This document shows, one piece after another, positions 1 to 6,989 of a stretch of DNA of 64,000 nt. This DNA is from Centroscyllium fabricii. Its lineage: Eukaryota. The stretch covers positions 310,001-374,000 of the forward strand of contig JBNRSN020000358.1 in NCBI GenBank assembly GCA_051313645.2, written 5' to 3'. Below the pieces are notes generated by a model. The model was not told the origin of the DNA. It did not search any database and was given only the letters and a program-made list of their open reading frames with translations. The position numbers were made by a program, and so were the translations under genes. The number at the start of each line of letters is the position of its first letter. Positions within the stretch are counted from its first letter, which is position 1.

Positions 1-35
1 CAAACAATGGGCCAGAATTTCTGGTGCCTCAAAGC

Positions 36-73
36 AGATGCCCACGGATCCGAGATGCCCACAGATCCGAGAT
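36..73. repeat. 17-bp tandem repeat AGATGCCCACRGATCCG x2.2 (subterminal repeat of the TIR element)
   Basis: Units at 36-52 and 53-69 differ at one base; partial AGAT at 70-73. Confidence 0.85.
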
Positions 74-579
74 TTCCGATGTTGAGGGAGAAGGGCCCTC
101 AGCATCAAACGCACGAGTGAGTTGCACCCAGAATTTGGGCTCCAAAAGGGTGCTTTTTTTTCTGTGATTCTGTGGGCAACGGAGCCCTGAGATGCACATG
201 AAAAAAGCTGCAGTAACTCGTGCGTGATGGAGAGAGAAACGTTCTTAAACAAGATAAGTTACTTTTTTACCTTTAATTTTAAGTTTTAACAGTTTTGGGA
301 AGTAATGTGGCCAGATCGGTAGCGTTAAATTTTTAAGTTAAAGTTTAAAAAAAAAAATTACAAATCCGATTTTAAGTTAATTTACCTGTTTCAAATCGCT
401 AATTTTTAAAGTTAAATTTCTGAAATTTTTAACTATCTAGCTATTAAAAAATCTAAGAGAAAAAATGGCAGAGACTTACCTAGCGTTTCTTCCTCTGAGA
501 AGCTGCTGTGCCCGCGCTGCTCCCCACCGAGTCTGTGAGTGCAGCTCCGCATGTCCCTGCTCTCACAAAGGTCCGACTC

Positions 580-655
580 GGGATCTGTGCGCATTTTTAA
601 ATTTAAATTAGGGATCTGGGGGCGTTTTTTATTTAAATTTGGGATCTGTGGGCGG
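580..655. repeat. 30-31-bp tandem repeat x2.5 starting GGGATCTG
   Basis: GGGATCTG at 580, 611 and 641; the first two are followed by a T-run and ATTTAAATT. The core GGATCTGTGSGC is the reverse complement of the GCCCACAGATCC motif near the left end. Confidence 0.8.
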
Positions 656-808
656 GGCATACACTGCGCACCTAGCGTGGCTGGACTGCCACGTTGCGCA
701 CGAAGGGGGCGGAAATCCAGAGCGTAAAAAAAGTCCGATGTTGGTGGGCTTCTTAAGTGCTCCGCATGGTCCTAGTTGCCCACCAACCGGCAAACCCGAA
801 ATTCTGGC

Positions 809-1376
809 AATATTTTCAAATTCAAGGGGAGCTATCCGTAGTCAATGGAATATTACTCCAGTGTGACAGGATAGTGGTGCCCACCTCTCTGAGACGAGAA
901 ATGCTTGGCGGGATACATGAAGGGCACCTGGGTGCGGAAAAGTCAAAAAGGAGAACACGAGAGACACTATACTGGCCAAACATGAATTCTGATATTGATC
1001 AACTGATTAGCGAGTGTGCCACGTGTCAAGAGTACCATTACATCAGACCAAAGAGCCCCTCAGTACAATAGAGCTTCCATCACAGCCTTGGGAAAAAGTC
1101 AGAATGGGTATAATCCATTATGAAGGGAAAGACTATTTACTAGTTATTGATTACTACTCCAACTATCCAGAGATGGCTCTGTTGTCCAGCACCACATCAA
1201 AAGGTGTAATAACACATTTAAAATCATTTTTTTCCAGACAGGGCATCCCTCTAACTCTGGTATCTGACAATGGCCCTCCCTATGCCAGCCAGGATTTTCG
1301 GACATTTGCCTCAGAGTATGAATTTAACTACATAATCTCCAGCCCACACTATCCCCAGGCAAATGGGAAAGCAGAG
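809..1376 (+). pseudogene. pol: Gypsy pol pseudogene: integrase HHCC zinc-binding domain and DDE catalytic core
   Basis: GELSVVNGILL..RIVVP.SLRREML..IHEGHLG..K..RR.RE.LYWP.M..DI......CATCQ gives the HHCC motif. A frameshift near 1042-1046 leads into KEPL....P..PWEKV; YLLVIDYYS; LVSDNGP (Asp 1266-1268); SSPHYPQANGKAE (Glu 1374-1376, D-35-E spacing). The expected first catalytic Asp reads GGT (Gly) at 1107-1109. Confidence 0.92.
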
Positions 1377-1383
1377 ACTACGG

Positions 1384-1479
1384 ATTGACTACGGATAGCT
1401 CCCCTTGAATTTGAAAATATTGCCAGAATTTCAGGTTTGCCGGTTGGTGGGCAACTAGGACCATGCGGAGCACTTAAGA
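1384..1479 (-). repeat. 96-bp inverted duplicate of 751-846 inserted in the integrase
   Basis: Base-by-base comparison: 1384-1479 is the reverse complement of 751-846 with one mismatch (797 vs 1433). The ORF track shows LSAPHGPSCPPTGKPEILAIFSNSRGAIRSQ on both strands. Confidence 0.97.
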
Positions 1480-2353
1480 TAGTAAAGAGATTGTTGAAAA
1501 AAGCCGCATACAGCAACGCTGATTCGTATCTGGCATTCATGTTATACAGAGCGGCTCAATTAGCAAGTGGCAAGTCACCAGCTGAGCTCCTAATGGGCCA
1601 AAAAATTCAAACACGACTTCCCAGTTATGTTACACCTGAACATAGAAATGATGGGTGGGCAGATAAGGCCAAGAGGCTACAAATGAAACAAAAGACATTC
1701 CATGATCGAACAGCCACAATGTTAGCGCCTCTACAGGAGAAGGATATGGTTCGTATTCAAGGGCCAGATTCATGGTCTAAGAAAGACACCATCTTTCAAC
1801 AGGTTGCTCCCAGGTCGTACAGTGTCATGACAGAGACTGGCGAGGTGCACCGCAGAAGCAGGAGGCACCTACTGAAAACGACTGAGACATTTTACCCTCA
1901 TGAGGAGAGAGAGGAAGAGGAGATGAGGGAATCGTCACAGATTGACGAGACAAGGGATCTGTGTGGTCCAGAGATGAACAAAAGAGACAGAACGGGGGAG
2001 CTTCAGCAAACAGCGGTTCGACTACACAGGTCACAGAGAACCAGAAAGCTGGTGATCTGACGTATCGTCAATTTACTCAATAAATCCAAAGACGAGTAGT
2101 AACCTTAACTACAGGCTTTTATTGACTTACTTTGGAGCTATACTCCAAGCGAACAACAGGAGCAGAATGAATGGGTCCGGTCAGTCCTCACCTATAAAGG
2201 GCCTCACCTGGGGGAGGAGTTAGAGGTGTGGCTGACCTGTACCCACGACAGTGTCGCAACATCTTACAATATGCAGTGGCAATATTGGCCCCAATATTAC
2301 AGTGGTAAACAGTACATATATATGGTTACCACATGATCAAAATGAACTTATAA
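1476..2353 (+). pseudogene. pol: Gypsy integrase C-terminal part, interrupted by a solo LTR; native stop at 2351-2353
   Basis: KIVKRLLKKA..YLAFMLYRAA.L.SGKSPAELLMG.KI.TRLP..KQK..HDR....L.PL...D.VR..APRSY.V.TE.G...RR.RRHL resembles non-chromoviral Gypsy integrase tails. It is in the same frame as 1014-1376. After removing 2058-2338 it ends RTRKLVIKMNL*. Confidence 0.88.
2058..2333 (-). mobile_element. Solo LTR (276 bp) of a second LTR-retrotransposon family, antisense
   Basis: Begins TG (2058) and ends CA (2333), flanked by a perfect 5-bp TGATC duplication (2053-2057, 2334-2338). Minus-strand AATAAA at 2118-2123 lies about 60 nt from the minus-strand 3' end. No visible similarity to the host LTR. 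Orientation is less certain than the boundaries because a plus-strand AATAAA also occurs at ~2089. Confidence 0.85.
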
Positions 2354-2509
2354 AAGTAAAAGACTGTAAATAGTTAAGGACTCCTGGGAAAGCAGTACCT
2401 GAAAATGGGTTCCATGTGAAAGTTACACTGAATGTTTATACATTTGTACACATGTTATGTTTTGTAAGTTATTACGGTATTATGCCTATTGATGTATAAT
2501 GTACACCCT

Positions 2510-2521
2510 GAAGAGGGGAGA
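2510..2521 (+). other. Polypurine tract (plus-strand primer site)
   Basis: GAAGAGGGGAGA, ~155 bp after the pol stop and immediately before the putative LTR. Confidence 0.8.
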
Positions 2522-2572
2522 TTTAAGGATAACTGTAGCTGTCGTAAAGTCAGCACAGGTTTGACTTACGGC

Positions 2573-2609
2573 TGACGTCATAAATACTGGTGGGAGCCGA
2601 CGCCATCTT
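2573..2609 (+). promoter_or_regulatory. Putative LTR promoter motifs: CRE palindrome, TATA-like box, YY1-like site
   Basis: TGACGTCA (2573-2580), overlapping CATAAATA (2579-2586), CGCCATCTT (2601-2609). Motif match only. Confidence 0.45.
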
Positions 2610-2652
2610 TACCATGCTGCAGATTAGGCTTGGAGTGACCAGAGAAAGACAC

Positions 2653-2658
2653 AATAAA
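2653..2658 (+). terminator. Polyadenylation signal in LTR
   Basis: AATAAA 58 nt before the LTR end, followed by GT-rich TTGGTGTTGG. Confidence 0.6.
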
Positions 2659-5600
2659 AGAAGCTCCACTCCAACTTGGTGTTGGCCTACTGTTTGATCA
2701 TTCAATTAACATTACACTCTCGCTCCGCTCTCGCACTTTTCTCTCGCTCCTTTCTCTCGCTCTTTTTTCTCTCTTTTCTCTCGCTCATTTCTCTCGCTCT
2801 TTTCTCTCGCTCCGCTCTCGCTCTTTTCTCTCGCTCCTTTCTCTCGCTCTTTTTTCTCTCTTTTCTCTCGCTCATTTCTCTCGCTCTTTTCTCTCGCTCC
2901 ACTCTCGCTCTTTTCTCTCGCTCAATTCTCTCGCTCTTTTCTCACACTCTTTTTTCTCTCGCTCTGCTCTCACTCTTTTCTCTCGCTCTTTTCTCTCATT
3001 CTTTTCTCTCGCTCTTTTCTCTCACTCTGCTCTCGCTCTTTTCTCTCGCTCTTTTCTCTCTTTTCTCTCGCGCTTTTCTCTCGCTCTTTTCTCTCTTTTC
3101 TCTCGCTCTTTTCTCTCTTTTCTCTCGCTCTTTTCTCTCACTCTTTTCTCTCTTTTCTCTCGCTCTTTTCTCTCGCTCTTTTCTCTCACTCTTTTCTCTC
3201 TTTTCTCTCGCTCTTTTCTCTCGCTCTTTTCTCTCACTCTTTTCTCTCTTTTCTCTCGCTCTTTTCTCTCGCTCTTTTCTCTCACTCTTTTCTCTCTTTT
3301 CTCTCGCTCTTTTCTCTCGCTCTTTTCTCTCGCTCTTTTCTCTCTTTTCTCTCGCGCTTTTCTCTCGCTCTTTTCTCTCGCTCCGCTCTCGCTCTTTTCT
3401 CTCGCTCTTTTCTCTCGCTCCACTCTCGCTCTTTTCTCTCGCTCTTTTCTCTCACACTTTTCTCTCGCTCAATTCTCTCGCTCTTTTCTCACTCTTTTTT
3501 CTCTCGCTCTGCTCTCACTCTTTTCTCTCGCTCTTTTCTCTCATTCTTTTCTCTCGTTCTTTTTTCTCTCTTTTCTCTCGCTCTGCTCTCGCTCTTTTCT
3601 CACGCTCTTTTCTCTCTTTTCTCTCGCTCTCTTTTCTCTCGCTCTTTTCGCTCTCTCTTTTCTCTCGCTCTTTTCTCTTTTCCCTCGCTCTTTTCTCTCG
3701 CACTTTTCTCTCGCTCTTTTCTCTCGCTCTTTTCTCTCGCTCTTTTCTCTCTCTTTTCTCTCGCTCTTTTCTCTGGCTCTTTTCTCTCACTCTTTTCTCT
3801 CGCTCTTTTCTCTCGCTCTTTTCTCTCGCTCTTTTCTCTCATTCTTTTCTCTCGCTCTTTTCTCTCGCTCTTTTCTCTCGCTCTTTTCTCTCGCTCTTTC
3901 CTCTCGCTCGTCTCTCTCGCTCTTTTCTCTCGCTCTTTCCTCTCGCTCTTTTCTCTCGCTCTTTCCTCTCGCTCTTTTCTCTCGCTCTTTTCTCTCGCTC
4001 TTTTCTCTCGCTCTTTTCTCTCGCTCTTTCCTCTCGCTCTTTTCTCTCGCTCTTTTCTCTCGCTCTTTACACTCGCTCTTTTCCCTCGCTCTTTTCCCTC
4101 GCTCTTTCCTCTCGCTCTTTTCTCTCGCTCTTTTCTCTCGCTCTTTTCTCTCGCTCTTTTTTCTCTCTGCTCTAACTTTTCTCTCGCTCTTTTCTCTCGC
4201 TCTTTTTTCTCTCTGCTCTAACTTTTCTCTCGCTCTTTTCTCTCGCTCTTTTCTCTCGCTCTTTTCTCTCGCTCTTTCCTCTCGCTCGTCTCTCTCGCTC
4301 TTTTCTCTCGCTCTTTTCTCTCGCTCTTTTCTCTCGCTCTTTTCTCTCGCTCTTTTCTCGCTCTTTTCTCTCTCTTTTCTCTTGCTCTTTTCTCTCGCTC
4401 TTTTCTCTCTTTTCTCGCTCTTTTCTCTCTCTCTTTTCTCTCGCTCTTTTCTCTCGCTCTTTTCTCTCGCTCTTTTCTCTCTTTTCTCGCTCTTTTCTCT
4501 CTCTTTTCTCTCGCTCTTTTCTCTCGCTCTTTTCTCTTTTCTCGCTCTTTTCTCTCGCTCTTTTCTCTCGCACTTTTCTCTCTCTCTTTTCTCTCGCACT
4601 TTTCTCTTTTTTCTCCCTCTCTTTTCTCTCACTCTTTTCTCTCACTCTTTTCTCTCACTCTTTTCTCTCTCTTTTCTCTCGCTCTTTTCTCTCGCACTTT
4701 TCTCTCTTTTCTCTCGCTCTTTTCTCGCTCTTTTCTCTCGCTCTTTTCTCTCGCTCTTTTCTCTCGCTCTTTTCTCTCGCTCTTTTCTCCCTCTCTTTTC
4801 TCTCGCTCTTTTCTCTCGCTCTTTTCTCTAGCTCCACTCTCACTCTTTTCTCTCTCTCTTTTCTCTTTTCTCTCTCTTTTCTCTTTTCTCTCTCTCTTTA
4901 CTCTCGCTCTTTTCTCTCGCTCTCTACTCTCGCTCTTTTCTCTCGCTCTTTTCTCTCACTCTTTCCTCTCGCTCTTTTCTCTCTCTTATCCCTCGCTCTT
5001 TACTCTCGCTCTTTCCTCTCGCTCTTTTCTCTCTCTTATCCCTCGCTCTTTTCTCTCGCTCTTTTCTCTCGCTCTTTTCTCTCGCTCTTTTCTCTCGCTC
5101 TTTTCTCGCTCTTTTCTCTCGCTCTATTCTCTCGCTTTTTCTCTCTCTCTTTCCTCTCGCTCTTTTCTCTCGCTCCACTCTCGCTCTTTTCCCTCGCTCC
5201 GCTCTCGCTCTTTTCTCTCGCTCCACTCTCGCCCTTTTCTCTCTCTCTTTTCTCTCTCTCTTTTCTCTCGCTCTTTTCTCTCGCTCATTTCTCTCGCTCA
5301 TTTCTCTCGCTCTTCTCTCTCGCTCTTTTCTCTCTCTTATCCCTCGCTCTTTTCTCTCGCTCTTTTCTCTCGCTCTTTTCTCACGCTCTTTTCTCACGCT
5401 CTTTTCTCTCGCTCTTTTCTCTCGCTCCACTCTCACTCTTTTCTCTCGCTCTTTAATTTCACTCTTTAATCTCACTCTTTTCTCTCGCTCTTTTCTCTCG
5501 CTCTTTCCTCTCGCTCGTCTCTCTCGCTCTTTACACTCACTCTTTCCTCTCGCTCTTTTCTCTCGCTCTTTTCTCTCGCTCTTTTCTCTCGCTCTTTCCT

Positions 5601-6989
5601 CTCGCTCTTTTCTCTCGCTCTTTTCTCTCGCTCTTTCCTCTCGCTCGTCTCTCTCGCTCTTTCCTCTCGCTCTTTCCTCTCGCTCGTCTCTCTCGCTCTT
5701 TTCTCTCGCTCTTTTCTCTCGCTCTTTTCTCTCGCTCTTTCCTCTCGCTCGTCTCTCTCACTCTTTTCTCTCGCTCTTTTCTCTCGCTCTTTCCTCTCGC
5801 TCTTTTCTCTCGCTCTTTTCTCTCGCTCTTTCCTCTCGCTCGTCTCTCTCGCTCATTACACTCACTCTTTCCTCTCGCTCTTTTCTCTCGCTCTTTTTTC
5901 TCTCTGCTCTCACTTTTCTCTCGCTCGTCTCTCTCGCTCTTTTCTCTCGCTCTTTTCTCTCGCTCTTTTCACTCACTCTTTTCTCTCGCTCTTTTTTCTC
6001 TCTCTTTTCTCTCTTTTCTCGCTCTTTTCTCTCGCTCTTTTCTCTCGCTCTTTTCTCTCGCTCTTTTCTCTCGCTCTTTTCTCTCGCTCTTTTCTCTCTC
6101 TCTTTTCTCTTGCTCTTTTCTCGTGCTCCACTCCCTCTTTTCTCTCGCTCTTTTCTCTCGCTCTTTTCTCTCGCTCTTTTCTCTCGTTCTTTTCTCTCGC
6201 TCTTTTCTCTCGCTCTTTTCTCTCCCTTTTCTCTCGCTCTTTTCTCTCGCTCGTTTCTTTCGCTCTTTTCTCTCTCTTTTCTCTCGCTCTTTTCTCTCGC
6301 TCTTTGCTCTCTCTTTCCTCTCGCTCTTTTCTCTCTCTCTTTTCTCTCTCTCTTTCCTCTCGCTCTTTTCTCCCGCTCTTTTCTCTCGCTCTTTTCTCTC
6401 GCTCTTTTCTCTCGCTCTTTTCTCTCGCTCTTTTCTCTCGCTCTTTCCTCTCGCTCGTCTCTCTCGCTCTTTACACTCACTCTTTCCTCTCGCTCTTTTC
6501 TCTCGCTCTTTTCTCTCGCTCTTTTCACTCGCTCTTTTTTCTCTCTGCTCTCACTTTTCTCTCGCTCGTCTCTCTCGCTCTTTTCTCTCGCTCTTTTCTC
6601 TCGCTCTTTTCTCTCGCTCTTTTCTCGCTCTTTTCACTCACTCTTTTCTCTCGCTCTTTTTTCTCGCTCTTTTCTCTCGCTTTTCTCTCTCTCTTTTCTC
6701 TCGCTCTTTTCTCTCGCTCTTTTCTCGTGCTCCTCTCGCTCTTTTCTCTCGCTCTTTTCTCTCGCTCTTTTCTCTTGCTCTTTTCTCTCGTTCTTTTCTC
6801 TCGCTCTTTTCTCTCGCTCTTTTCTCTCCCTTTTCTCTCGCTCTTTTCTCTCGCTCGTTTCTTTCGCTCTTTTCTCTCTCTCTTTTCTCTCGCTCTTTTC
6901 TCTCGCTCGTTTCTTTCGCTCTTTTCTCTCTCTCTTTTCTCTCGCTCTTTTCTCTCGCTCTTTTCTCTCTCTCTTTCCTCTCGCTCTTT

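Larger units (their letters stand above)
9..808. mobile_element. Non-autonomous TIR DNA transposon (MITE-like), ~800 bp, possibly PIF/Harbinger-related
   Basis: GCCAGAATTTC (11-21) is the exact reverse complement of GAAATTCTGGC (798-808). AAT flanks both sides (6-8 and 809-811). The interior is non-coding with an AT-rich core. The empty site AAA CAA TAT TTT CAA reads in frame with Gypsy pol. The left end has two extra G not matched on the right. Superfamily is inferred only from the 3-bp TSD and GG-start. Confidence 0.72.
1..2716 (+). mobile_element. Degenerate Ty3/Gypsy LTR retrotransposon, 3' portion (integrase, 3' UTR, PPT, 3' LTR); 5' part lies outside the window
   Basis: Integrase is the last pol domain (Gypsy order), followed by an AT-rich UTR, purine tract GAAGAGGGGAGA (2510-2521) and an LTR-like segment ending TTACA at 2716. 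Removing the nested insertions restores contiguous pol sequence (KQ|YFQIQGELS and RKLVI|KMNL*). Confidence 0.9.
2522..2716 (+). mobile_element. 3' LTR of the Gypsy element (195 bp)
   Basis: Follows the PPT. Ends are TTTAA...TTACA, i.e. a TGTAA...TTACA inverted terminus with one substitution. AATAAA at 2653-2658. The 5' LTR is not in the window, so it cannot be confirmed as a direct repeat. Confidence 0.78.

Noticed and set aside
433-866. Short ORFs 433-660, 539-727 and 639-866
   Set aside because: They lie in the non-coding TIR element. The repeated RPQIPNLN simply reflects the 30-bp tandem repeat, and no transposase motif is visible.
751-1479. The 96-bp inverted pair as TIRs of a transposon or an invertible switch carrying the integrase core
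   Set aside because: There is no flanking target duplication. The left arm is a chimera of TIR-element end and in-frame pol, and the enclosed segment is in its native orientation.
1349-2034. Minus-strand ORFs 1349-1540 and 1825-2034
   Set aside because: They are antisense shadows of the integrase and of the inverted duplicate, with no independent coding signal.
757-2060. Functional or domesticated integrase gene, or programmed frameshift
   Set aside because: It has a frameshift at ~1044 with no slippery heptamer, Gly at the expected first catalytic Asp, an in-frame TGA from the insertion and three disruptive insertions.
2542-2572. Imperfect hairpin CGTAAAGTCA...TGACTTACG in the LTR as an RNA gene
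   Set aside because: It is a short bulged stem with no tRNA or other ncRNA hallmarks and is compatible with chance or ordinary LTR structure.
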